Source of the DNA: Dehalococcoidia bacterium
GTDB lineage: Bacteria > Chloroflexota > Dehalococcoidia > Lucifugimonadales > Lucifugimonadaceae
Direction of reading: 5' to 3'
Length of the DNA: 64,000 nucleotides
NCBI GenBank assembly: GCA_045562755.1
Contig: JBJKVF010000001.1
Span: 46,715 to 110,714, forward strand
Positions 29,074 to 37,347 of the stretch are shown here, piece by piece (within the stretch, counting starts at the first letter, position 1; each line of letters begins with the position of its first letter). The position numbers and the translations under genes are program-made. Under the pieces are notes generated by a model. That model saw only the letters and a list, made by a program, of their open reading frames with translations, had not been told where the DNA came from and made no database searches.

Positions 29074-29138
29074 ATTTACCTTTTAAATTATATGTATATA
29101 TGTTTAATTATACTTATAACCTATTAATTTAGTAATAT

Positions 29139-30260
29139 TTAGTTAATACTGTATGGCTCAAGGGTATCCCATTTAGGAACTAAACCAAGTCCTGGTCTAT
29201 CAGGAGCATATACATATCCATCTTCAATTTTTAACTCATCTTCCCATATTTTTCCATGCATTGGATTAACTGAATCGCGATAATATTCTAAAATAAGTCC
29301 ATTTGGTATAGCTGCCACAAGGTGTATGTGCAGCTCTTGAGGACCATGAGGCGCAATATCTAGGTCATTTGCTTGTGCAAGAGCAGCTACTTTCATAAAT
29401 TCTGTAACTCCTCCCATGATTATTCCATCTGGTTGCAGAATATCTACAGCTCTTAAATTTATCATGTCTCTAAATCCATATCTTGTATATTCATTTTCTC
29501 CTGCTGCAATAGGTATAGAGGTAGATTTAGTTATTTCTGCTTGACCGATATAATCATCTGGTTCTACAGGCTCTTCGAACCAAAAGATATCATGTTTTTC
29601 AGCTTTCCTTGCAAATTCGATTGCTTCATAATGTCTGTACGCATTATTAGCATCCACCATAAGTTTTACATTCGGGCCTATTGATTCTCTACAAATTCTA
29701 ACTCTTTCTACATCTTCATTGATTGAGACTGCACCAACTTTTATTTTTACAGCTCTTGCTCCAAGTTCTATATTATCTTCCATCTCTTTTGCTAATTCTT
29801 TTAATCCCTTACCTTCTTCGTAATAACCACCAGCTATATATGTATCTACTTTATTTGTGAAACCTCCCAACAATTTATATAAAGGCATTCCAGCAATTTT
29901 CCCTTTTATATCCCATAAAGCTATATCTATTCCTGAGATGATTCTTGTTGAGATACCTCTTCTTCCAACCAATTTTGGTTTCCACATTGCATGCCATAAC
30001 GCTTCATTATCTAAAGGATCTTGTCCTACAAGCATTCCTTTGAAATATTCAATAAATCCTTCAGCAATCTTACTACTGGCATTATTTAGTACATTCCCAC
30101 CAGGGGTATTTCCTGCAATACCAATGCCAGTAATGTCAGGGTCATCAGTTTCGATTATAATTAAGTCTAATGAGTTGTGAGTATATGTATATAAGCCGTT
30201 GGTAATTGGTACTGATCTTGGCCATTTATACAGTTTGTTATATACATTTGTAATTTTCAT
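29139..30260 (-). CDS. Enolase-superfamily enzyme (mandelate racemase/muconate lactonizing family)
   Basis: Motifs DIALWDIKGK, AVKIKVG (KxK), MVDANNAY, FWFEEP, IAAGENEY, LQPD and APHG. Confidence 0.85.
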   Translation of the reverse strand: MKITNVYNKLYKWPRSVPITNGLYTYTHNSLDLIIIETDDPDITGIGIAGNTPGGNVLNNASSKIAEGFIEYFKGMLVGQDPLDNEALWHAMWKPKLVGRRGISTRIISGIDIALWDIKGKIAGMPLYKLLGGFTNKVDTYIAGGYYEEGKGLKELAKEMEDNIELGARAVKIKVGAVSINEDVERVRICRESIGPNVKLMVDANNAYRHYEAIEFARKAEKHDIFWFEEPVEPDDYIGQAEITKSTSIPIAAGENEYTRYGFRDMINLRAVDILQPDGIIMGGVTEFMKVAALAQANDLDIAPHGPQELHIHLVAAIPNGLILEYYRDSVNPMHGKIWEDELKIEDGYVYAPDRPGLGLVPKWDTLEPYSIN

Positions 30261-30369
30261 TATTTTCCCTATATTCCTATATTTCTTATAATAATTTGTA
30301 AATATTATTTTCTTTTATTGATAAAATTTCATTATTAGATACATATTCTATCAATAAAATTATTTCTTT

Positions 30370-30445
30370 GGGCCAGTAGCTCAGGGGTTAGAGCAATCGG
30401 CTCATAACCGATCGGTCGCAGGTTCGATTCCTGCCTGGCCCACCA
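30370..30445 (+). tRNA. tRNA with CAU anticodon (elongator Met, or Ile2 if lysidine-modified); CCA is encoded
   Basis: A cloverleaf can be folded by hand. Acceptor GGGCCAG pairs with CTGGCCC; D arm GCTC..GAGC; anticodon stem ATCGG pairs with CCGAT with loop CTCATAA; T arm GCAGG-TTCGATT-CCTGC. It is not an initiator, because 1:72 is paired and the anticodon stem lacks the GGG:CCC run. C4:G69 and C5:G68 resemble Ile2-type tRNAs. Confidence 0.9.
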
Positions 30446-30467
30446 AAGCCTTGATCATGTTGTAAGT

Positions 30468-32102
30468 TTACTTGATCTCATGAATATGATCTGTGCCTTT
30501 TCTTACTAATTCACTTTTATTCTGGTCAGGTATGATTGGCCATGGCAAAACTTTAATTCTTTTTGACCATTCTATATACTCATTATGAAGTTGATTAACT
30601 AAATCTGGATACTCATTTGATAAATTATTAATTTCTGTTCTATCATTATCCATATCATAAAGTTCCCAAGCACTACTATCTTCGCAAACTAATTTCCATT
30701 TTCCTTTTCTAACTGCTTTGTTGCCTTCGTGTTCCCAGAAGAGAGTGTTCTTTCTATTTTCATCTTCATCTCCTAAAATGTTTTTATAAAAACTTTCTCC
30801 TTCAAGATTAATTATTGAGTTTGATTTAATGTTCGTGGGATAGTTAGTATTTGCCATATTATAAATTGTTGCGGAGATATCCATAATATGTGATGTTCGT
30901 TCAATTATATTTTTATCTTTTATCTTATCTGGCCAGTTAATTATGAAAGGCGTAGATATTCCTCCTTCATGAACCCATCTTTTATGAAGCCTAAATGGAG
31001 TATTAGATGCATTGGACCATCCAATATCATAACTCTGGAATGTATCTGGACCACCTGGCTTAATATTTGGGTTGTTTCCCATCCTCAATTTCGTTCCATC
31101 CCATAGAGGTACATCAAACATTAGGCTGTCAGGGCCATCAGTATCTTCTGCTAAGTACTCAGCACAACCGCCATTATCTGACAAGAACATAATTATTGTA
31201 TTATTCCTTATATCATTTTTTTCTAATGTATTAACTATTCTTCCTACACCTTGATCTAGGTTGTCTATTTGGGCTGCATAAACTTCCATTCTTGACTGCT
31301 CCCAATCTTTATTTTTTACACTCTCCCATTCCTCAGCATCTTTATCTCTATCAGTAATATCCCAGTTATTTTTGATGATCCCTAAATTTTTTAAGTTTTC
31401 ATACCTTTTTTTTCTCAAATCATCCCATCCATCACTATAAACACCTTTATATTTGTCAATATCTTCATCTTTTGCATGTAATGGCCAATGTGGAGCAGTG
31501 TAGGCAACATATGAGAAAAAAGGCCTAGATTCCTTAGCAGATTCATCAATCATTTTTACTGCATGATCAGTGATTTTTTCAGTGTAATAAAAATCATAAC
31601 TATCAACCTCAATTTTCTTTTCGTTATCCATCAAGGTTTTTGGTGAAAAATAATTTCCTCCTCCAGCCATTGTTCCCCAAAAATAATCAAATCCTCTTTG
31701 ATTGGGAGTGGGATGTTCTTTATCTCCTGGGTTCCAATTTTCATTATCTCTTAATGGTGCAGTACCTCCTACATGCCATTTCCCTGACATTTGGGTTCTA
31801 TATCCCCCTGTACGCAATACTTCAGCTATTGTTGCTGTATTACTAGTAAGATATCCTTGATACTCATTTACTCCATAATTTCCCACCATATGTCCAATAC
31901 CTGCTTGATGAGGATAAACACCTGTTAAAAGCGATGCTCTTGATGGGCAGCACCTTGCTGTATTGTACATTTGAGAAAATTTTAATCCATTATTTGCCAA
32001 CTTATCTAAATTAGGAGTTTTTATTTCTGATCCAAAACATCCAAGGTCAGAAAATCCCATATCATCAGCTAAAATTAGAATAATGTTTGGTTTTTGGTTC
32101 AT
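30468..32102 (-). CDS. Cys-type arylsulfatase (formylglycine-dependent), no signal peptide
   Basis: Motif NIILILADDMGFSDLGCFGS and the sulfatase signature CCPSRASLLTG. Length 544 aa. The N-terminus begins directly with the catalytic-domain strand. Confidence 0.9.
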   Translation of the reverse strand: MNQKPNIILILADDMGFSDLGCFGSEIKTPNLDKLANNGLKFSQMYNTARCCPSRASLLTGVYPHQAGIGHMVGNYGVNEYQGYLTSNTATIAEVLRTGGYRTQMSGKWHVGGTAPLRDNENWNPGDKEHPTPNQRGFDYFWGTMAGGGNYFSPKTLMDNEKKIEVDSYDFYYTEKITDHAVKMIDESAKESRPFFSYVAYTAPHWPLHAKDEDIDKYKGVYSDGWDDLRKKRYENLKNLGIIKNNWDITDRDKDAEEWESVKNKDWEQSRMEVYAAQIDNLDQGVGRIVNTLEKNDIRNNTIIMFLSDNGGCAEYLAEDTDGPDSLMFDVPLWDGTKLRMGNNPNIKPGGPDTFQSYDIGWSNASNTPFRLHKRWVHEGGISTPFIINWPDKIKDKNIIERTSHIMDISATIYNMANTNYPTNIKSNSIINLEGESFYKNILGDEDENRKNTLFWEHEGNKAVRKGKWKLVCEDSSAWELYDMDNDRTEINNLSNEYPDLVNQLHNEYIEWSKRIKVLPWPIIPDQNKSELVRKGTDHIHEIK

Positions 32103-32149
32103 AATTTATACACCCTGAAAAATTCTTAATAAAGTAATATTAAATAGCT

Positions 32150-33685
32150 ATGATAAAGAAATTTAAAAATAAATTTACAATTATTATAATTATGTCAACA
32201 ATATTATCAATATTTTTTTCTTGTGATAATTCAGAAATAGTACAAAAAACTTCAGAAAAAATCTTCGATCAAGAGGAGCTTGTTGAGGTCGATATTGATG
32301 CAACTGTAGAATTTTTAGTCAAAGCTACTGTTGAAACACTTGAAAATGTTGAGAATAAGTTAATAAATTCAGCCGTTGCAACTATAATATCTCTACCTGA
32401 ATCAACCCCTCTTCCAACTGCAACTCCCATTCCAACTGCAACTCCCCAGCCTATTATTGTGAAAGAAATTATATTAACACCTACACCATTACCAACTCCT
32501 ATACCAACTATTATTCCTACTGAGACATCTACACCTGTACCTGCACCTATTTCTCAGTCAAATGAGTTGAGCTTAGCAGAATTAGTTACTAAAGCTTCAA
32601 AATCAGTTGTCAAAATTTCATCAGCTAATGGAGTTGGTTCAGGTGTGATTTACAACCTTATAAATGAAAATGCATATATTCTTACCAATCAACATGTTGT
32701 TGGATACTCTTCACAAGTAGATGTAGTTATCACTGATGTAGAAACTTTTTCTGGAGAAGTAGTTACTATAGATGTTCAAAAAGATATTGCAATTGTAAAA
32801 ATATGTTGTTCTGGAGAATTTTCTTCAATAAATTTTGCTGATCCTGATGAAATAAAACTTGGCGAAACTGTAGCAGCCTTAGGTTACCCTTTAGGTGCTT
32901 CATCAATTAGAGTGTCGAAGGGTATAGTTTCTGGTGTTGAGTATGAATCTGATAGCAATCGTAATGTGATTCAAACAGATGCTGCAATAAACCCAGGGAA
33001 TAGTGGTGGACCTCTATTATTAATGTCGGGAAAATTAGCTGGTATAAATACATATAAGGTTATAAATTCAGAATCAGGAGTTCCAACAGAAGGAATAGGT
33101 TTTGCTATATCAATATCTACACTTTTACAAATAACTTCATCAAACTCTAATAGTCAAAACGAACCCTCAAGCCCAGAACCACATCCTGAAACGGAGAATG
33201 GTATTTATACATCAATAGCTTATGGATATAAAGTTAATGCTCCATTAGACTGGATATTAGACACTAGTAATCCATCTTCAGTTAGTTTATTACATCAGGC
33301 TACAAGTTGCTGGATGCGTATTGAACACAATGATGATACACCTGGTTTTTTTGATATTACAGATTGGTCTACTAGATGGGAATATTCTGGAGAATCATGG
33401 CAATTATTTATGGAATATGTTGGTCAGTCAGAAATTTATAGGAGCTATGCTGGAGATGATGAAAACTTTGAACAATCAACTATGCTAAAGGGCCTAGAAG
33501 TAACTCATCAGTTTTATACTGATGGAGTTCTTTGGAACGATATAACTCACCTATTCTATAAAAATGATAGATTATGGCGAATAACAATGTATTGTCCTAA
33601 CAGCATATGGAATTTATCTACGACAATACCTTATCGCAAAGCTATTACTGATACTTTAATTTCTTACAAGCCTCCAAAAAACTAA
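32150..33685 (+). CDS. Secreted trypsin-like serine protease lipoprotein (S1C-like) with a Pro/Thr linker and a C-terminal domain of unknown function
   Basis: Lipobox IFFSC. PT-rich linker. Catalytic triad contexts TNQHVV (His), DIAIVK (Asp) and GNSGGPL (Ser). About 170 C-terminal residues have no recognisable motif and there is no PDZ domain. Confidence 0.8.
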   Translation: MIKKFKNKFTIIIIMSTILSIFFSCDNSEIVQKTSEKIFDQEELVEVDIDATVEFLVKATVETLENVENKLINSAVATIISLPESTPLPTATPIPTATPQPIIVKEIILTPTPLPTPIPTIIPTETSTPVPAPISQSNELSLAELVTKASKSVVKISSANGVGSGVIYNLINENAYILTNQHVVGYSSQVDVVITDVETFSGEVVTIDVQKDIAIVKICCSGEFSSINFADPDEIKLGETVAALGYPLGASSIRVSKGIVSGVEYESDSNRNVIQTDAAINPGNSGGPLLLMSGKLAGINTYKVINSESGVPTEGIGFAISISTLLQITSSNSNSQNEPSSPEPHPETENGIYTSIAYGYKVNAPLDWILDTSNPSSVSLLHQATSCWMRIEHNDDTPGFFDITDWSTRWEYSGESWQLFMEYVGQSEIYRSYAGDDENFEQSTMLKGLEVTHQFYTDGVLWNDITHLFYKNDRLWRITMYCPNSIWNLSTTIPYRKAITDTLISYKPPKN

Positions 33686-33686
33686 A

Positions 33687-34451
33687 TTAAGGTCCAAATC
33701 TTTCGAGCTTTATTTGCTCATGTTTTACACCTAGTTTAGTTAATTTACCACTCATATTTCCCACAAAGCTACTTCCTCCACAAATGAAGTAGGTAGTTTT
33801 CAAGTCAGAGTGAATATTCATTTCTCTTTCGATAATTTTACTAGTGATCCTAGTTCTTAATCCATTCCACTTTTGTTTTTCTTCTTTGGTTAAAGTAACA
33901 ATAAGGTTGAAGTTTTCATTAGAGATATTTTTATTTTCTAATTCATTTCTAAAGAGATATTCATTTATATTTTTTGCACTATATATAAGAGATACTTTAG
34001 CTTTATATTTTTTTTTCCTTAAGAAAAAAATGAATGGAGTTATACCTATTCCTGCTGCTATTAAGATTATTGATTTAGAAATATTATTTTTCATATTAAA
34101 ATATTTTCCTATTGGCCCCCTAATGTATAATTTTTCTGAAATTACTAATTTTTCATGTAAATATTTTGATACTTCTCCATCATTAATTTTAGATATAGCA
34201 AAATCTAATTTATTTGTTTTGCATGCTTTTGTAATTACAGAATAACTCCTCTGGGCTTCATATCCGGAAGAAGATGTAAGTTTGAGATCAAAATGTTGGC
34301 CTGGTTCGATATAATGTTTTTTTTCTGTTTTAAGACTAAATAACTTAACTGTTGGAGAAATTGCTTTTATATTGATTATTTCAGCTAATTCCCAATCTAT
34401 TTTATTAGTATTAATCACCTTGATATCTTTGTTCTTTCCAAGGATCTCCAT
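33687..34451 (-). CDS. FNR-like FAD/NAD(P)-binding oxidoreductase
   Basis: FAD motif RSYS and NAD-domain motif AAGIGITPF. The start is uncertain: TTG 34499, ATG 34466, ATG 34451 or GTG 34418. All of these overlap the upstream gene. Confidence 0.65.
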   Translation of the reverse strand: MEILGKNKDIKVINTNKIDWELAEIINIKAISPTVKLFSLKTEKKHYIEPGQHFDLKLTSSSGYEAQRSYSVITKACKTNKLDFAISKINDGEVSKYLHEKLVISEKLYIRGPIGKYFNMKNNISKSIILIAAGIGITPFIFFLRKKKYKAKVSLIYSAKNINEYLFRNELENKNISNENFNLIVTLTKEEKQKWNGLRTRITSKIIEREMNIHSDLKTTYFICGGSSFVGNMSGKLTKLGVKHEQIKLERFGP

Positions 34452-35007
34452 ACATATGATACCCATATTTTTCCCAAAATCCAGGTTCATCATTTTCAAG
34501 TAATTTTATTCCTCGTATCCATTTTGCTGATTTCCAGAAATATAAATGAGGTATAAATAATCTGACAGGTCCACCATGTTCCGGAGTGATATCATCGTTA
34601 TCATACTTGTAAACTAAATACCCTTTTCCATTAATAATGTCATCAATTGGTATGTTAGTAGTATATCCCCCATCAGAAAAAGCCATAATATATTGATATT
34701 TCTTTTCTATCGAAAGGTTTGATAAGATTTCATCAAATGAAACACCTATCCAATTAGTGTCTAATTTTGACCATTTTGTAACACAGTGTATATCAGTATT
34801 TATTAGTTTGTGCGGGAATGCTATTAGGTCATTCCAAGAAAATTTTGAAATTATTTTTTCTTCTTTCATTATAGAAAAATCCCATGATTGTTTATCAATA
34901 TAAATCGTCGGACCTGCAGATAAAACAGGGAAAGATTTTTCTAAATATTGTCCAGGAGGAATTTTTTCATTTTTATATTTGTTTTCTCCAAAGCCTTCAT
35001 TGAACAT
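34411..35007 (-). CDS. Small sulfite-oxidase-fold molybdopterin oxidoreductase (cytoplasmic, about 200 aa)
   Basis: Motif IHCVTKWS with the conserved Mo-ligand Cys context, plus HGGPVRL and a C-terminal GFWEKYGYHMYGDPWKEQRY tail. No signal peptide. Confidence 0.7.
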   Translation of the reverse strand: MFNEGFGENKYKNEKIPPGQYLEKSFPVLSAGPTIYIDKQSWDFSIMKEEKIISKFSWNDLIAFPHKLINTDIHCVTKWSKLDTNWIGVSFDEILSNLSIEKKYQYIMAFSDGGYTTNIPIDDIINGKGYLVYKYDNDDITPEHGGPVRLFIPHLYFWKSAKWIRGIKLLENDEPGFWEKYGYHMYGDPWKEQRYQGD

Positions 35008-35104
35008 AAGTACCTCTTAAATCCATATTTTTTTGTGTAATAAATAAATATAATTTTATACTATAAAATTATCAAAAGTTAATATATTTTTTTTGGAGCA
35101 AATT

Positions 35105-35869
35105 ATGAGATTAAAAAATAAAAATGCGATAGTAACTGGTGCTGGTAATGGTATAGGAAGGGCAATAGCAACCCTATTTGCCCAAGAAGGGGCAAGCGTA
35201 ATAGTTGCTGATATTGAAGAAGATGCAGGTAAAGAAACAGTTGAAATTATTAACTCTACTGGCGGGAATAGTTTTTATTTACAAGTAGATACTTCTAGGG
35301 AGGATTCTGTAAAAAATATGATAAATAATGCCTTGGAAAATATTCCAGAGATAAATATTTTGGTAAATAACGCTGCAGCATTCGTTTTTGGAAAAATTGA
35401 AAATGTCCAGGTAAAAGATTGGGAAAAAGTTCTTGGGGTAAACGTAATAGGATATGCAAATTGTGTAAAGCAATCTTTAGAAAGTTTGAAAAAAAATAAT
35501 GATAGCTCAATAATTAATATAGCTTCAGTATCCTCATTTATTGCCCAGCCAGAGTTTGTTCCTTATAACACTTCAAAAGGTGCTGTTATTCAATTAACTA
35601 GATGTTTAGCTATGGATTTAGCCGAATATAACATAAGGGTAAATTCAATATGTCCAGGTTCTATAAAGACTAGAGCAACCGATAAACACATAAAATCATT
35701 GGGTTTGAATCCAGAAAAAGCATATAAAGAATTTGGGCAGGATGCAGTTTTAAAAAGAATGGGAGATCCCAAAGAAATAGCATATGGTGCTTTATTTCTA
35801 GCATCAAATGAGTCTTCATATGTCACAGGAACTCAATTAGTAATTGATGGAGGATTAATGATCGACTAG
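35105..35869 (+). CDS. Short-chain dehydrogenase/reductase
   Basis: Motifs TGAGNGIG, NNAA, YNTSKGA (YxxxK) and PGSIKT. GGAG lies 6 nt before ATG 35105. Confidence 0.88.
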   Translation: MRLKNKNAIVTGAGNGIGRAIATLFAQEGASVIVADIEEDAGKETVEIINSTGGNSFYLQVDTSREDSVKNMINNALENIPEINILVNNAAAFVFGKIENVQVKDWEKVLGVNVIGYANCVKQSLESLKKNNDSSIINIASVSSFIAQPEFVPYNTSKGAVIQLTRCLAMDLAEYNIRVNSICPGSIKTRATDKHIKSLGLNPEKAYKEFGQDAVLKRMGDPKEIAYGALFLASNESSYVTGTQLVIDGGLMID

Positions 35870-36135
35870 CTGAATAAATCTTTTATAAAATTAATTTCTT
35901 CACTATAAACATACAAAATAATCAATAAACCTATTATCAATAATATTAATGCAAAAAGATTAATGAATCTTAGTATAAAAAATTTCGGTAAATTTTTGAT
36001 TGAGTATGAAAAACTTAAAATTATCCATCCTGAAGCTTTTAGCCATGAGTCTTCATTAATTGCTGCAATTCCTAAAATTAAGAATATAAATGCGCTAGCA
36101 AATCCATATAATGATGGTGTGTATAAAAAAAACAT
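35866..36135 (-). CDS. Small hydrophobic protein (about 3 TM), hypothetical
   Basis: The 89-aa ORF has three hydrophobic stretches. A competing plus-strand ORF (35963-36157) looks less protein-like. No homology recognised. Confidence 0.4.
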   Translation of the reverse strand: MFFLYTPSLYGFASAFIFLILGIAAINEDSWLKASGWIILSFSYSIKNLPKFFILRFINLFALILLIIGLLIILYVYSEEINFIKDLFS

Positions 36136-36146
36136 TACTTACTGTT

Positions 36147-37331
36147 CTACCAATTAGTAAATGCGCCATCATTTCTTTCATAAAATGCCGGCCAGCCATG
36201 AGGTTCAGAATAAGACTTTTCTGCAACTTCAATATCAAATTCAACACCTAAGCCTGGTTTATCCGGACACCATGAATATCCATCTTCCCACTCAATTTGT
36301 TCAGGAAATAGGTCATTTGAAAAAGAACCTGGTTTTTTTGGCATTTCTTGAACTCCTACATTTGTTGAAGCCATACATAAAGATACGCATGCTGCAGCAC
36401 TAACTGGTCCAAGTGGATTATGAGGCACTATATCAATATAATGGGTTTCAGCCCAATGAGTGATTTTTAGAGCTTCCGTAAGTCCTCCGACTATACATAG
36501 ATCTATTCTTGCATAATCAATAAGATCTTCTTCTATAACTTGTCTGAAAGGCCATTTTGAAGCCCATTGCTCTCCAGCAGCCAAAGGTAAATTAATTTTA
36601 TCTCTAAGGATTCTATAAGTATTTTGATTTTCTGATCTTATTGGGTCTTCTATGAAAAATGGTTTGAATTGTTCAAGCTCCTTGCACATTGCTATAACAT
36701 GTGCGGTATCTAGTCTTGTGTGAACATCAAATGTCATTTGTATGTCAGGTCCTACAGCATGTCTTACCTTTCCCATCATTTCTATTGCAATTTTCATAGA
36801 TTCTAATGGTTCTAATTTTGTAGGTTGATTCCATGGAGCTGCAACTGCTGATACTTCAAATTTTCCTTCAGTTTCTGGTTGCCCCCAACGTACAAACTTC
36901 CAACCATCATCTACTGCTTTTTTACAATTTTCTATTAACTCATCTATTGTATTTCCCTGAGTATGAGGATAGGAAATGACTTTATCTCTTACTGGTCCTC
37001 CCAAAAGTTTATAAACGGGCATATTTACAGATTTGCCCTTTATATCCCATAGGGCTATATCAATAGCAGATATAGCACATGAGTAGACCTTGTCTGCAGG
37101 GAAAAAGCCCCCTCTAAACATCATTTGCCATAATCTCTCTGTCTCCCAAGGGTCTGATCCAACTACCAACTCACTTAAATGCTCTATGGCATTTTTTATA
37201 GCTTTACCCCAATTTCTAATACCTACTTCACCAAGTCCGTGATGTCCTGCGTCTGTATCTACCCTTACTATAAAATAAGATCTTCCTTCATTGTCTGTTA
37301 CCGGGAAACTTCTAATTTGTGTAACTTTCAT
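36147..37331 (-). CDS. D-mannonate/D-galactonate dehydratase-family enolase-superfamily enzyme (ManD-like), paralog 2
   Basis: Motifs DIALWDIKGK, FDVHTRL, FFIEDP, LAAGEQW and VPHNPLGP. ATG 37331 (MKVTQIRSF) aligns with the start of paralog 1 and has AAGGAAA upstream. The longer ORF to 37433 overlaps paralog 1. Confidence 0.85.
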   Translation of the reverse strand: MKVTQIRSFPVTDNEGRSYFIVRVDTDAGHHGLGEVGIRNWGKAIKNAIEHLSELVVGSDPWETERLWQMMFRGGFFPADKVYSCAISAIDIALWDIKGKSVNMPVYKLLGGPVRDKVISYPHTQGNTIDELIENCKKAVDDGWKFVRWGQPETEGKFEVSAVAAPWNQPTKLEPLESMKIAIEMMGKVRHAVGPDIQMTFDVHTRLDTAHVIAMCKELEQFKPFFIEDPIRSENQNTYRILRDKINLPLAAGEQWASKWPFRQVIEEDLIDYARIDLCIVGGLTEALKITHWAETHYIDIVPHNPLGPVSAAACVSLCMASTNVGVQEMPKKPGSFSNDLFPEQIEWEDGYSWCPDKPGLGVEFDIEVAEKSYSEPHGWPAFYERNDGAFTNW

Positions 37332-37347
37332 TACATTTTCCTTTCTT

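Noticed and set aside
28484-29086. A 200-aa plus-strand ORF antisense to xdhC. Similar long antisense or alternate-frame ORFs occur at 13164-13658, 16596-16997, 54994-55377, 33844-34245, 7352-7696, 23168-23497 and 62832-63158.
   Set aside because: Each lies entirely within a gene that has strong family motifs on the other strand or frame. Their translations are low-complexity or Ser/Ile/Phe-rich with no recognisable motifs. They look like shadow ORFs caused by the codon periodicity of the real gene.
30261-30467. The tRNA-CAU gene as a possible integration site for a genomic island (sulfatase, protease and Mo-enzyme genes downstream).
   Set aside because: No integrase or recombinase is present. 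I could not find a direct repeat of the tRNA 3' end. The flanking genes show no compositional break.
32400-32560. Short DNA direct repeats (CCAACTGCAACTCCC-like units) that could be mistaken for a repeat array.
   Set aside because: They encode the Pro/Thr-rich linker (PTATPIPTATP..) of the secreted protease. This is coding low complexity, not a CRISPR or regulatory repeat.
34411-34499. The overlap between the SUOX-like and FNR-like genes read as a frameshifted single fusion gene (pseudogene or sequencing error).
   Set aside because: The SUOX-like protein ends with what looks like the complete family C-terminus (GFWE..GYH.YGDPW.EQRY). The FNR-like domain begins normally after the overlap. Two coupled genes is the simpler reading, though a fused ancestor cannot be excluded.
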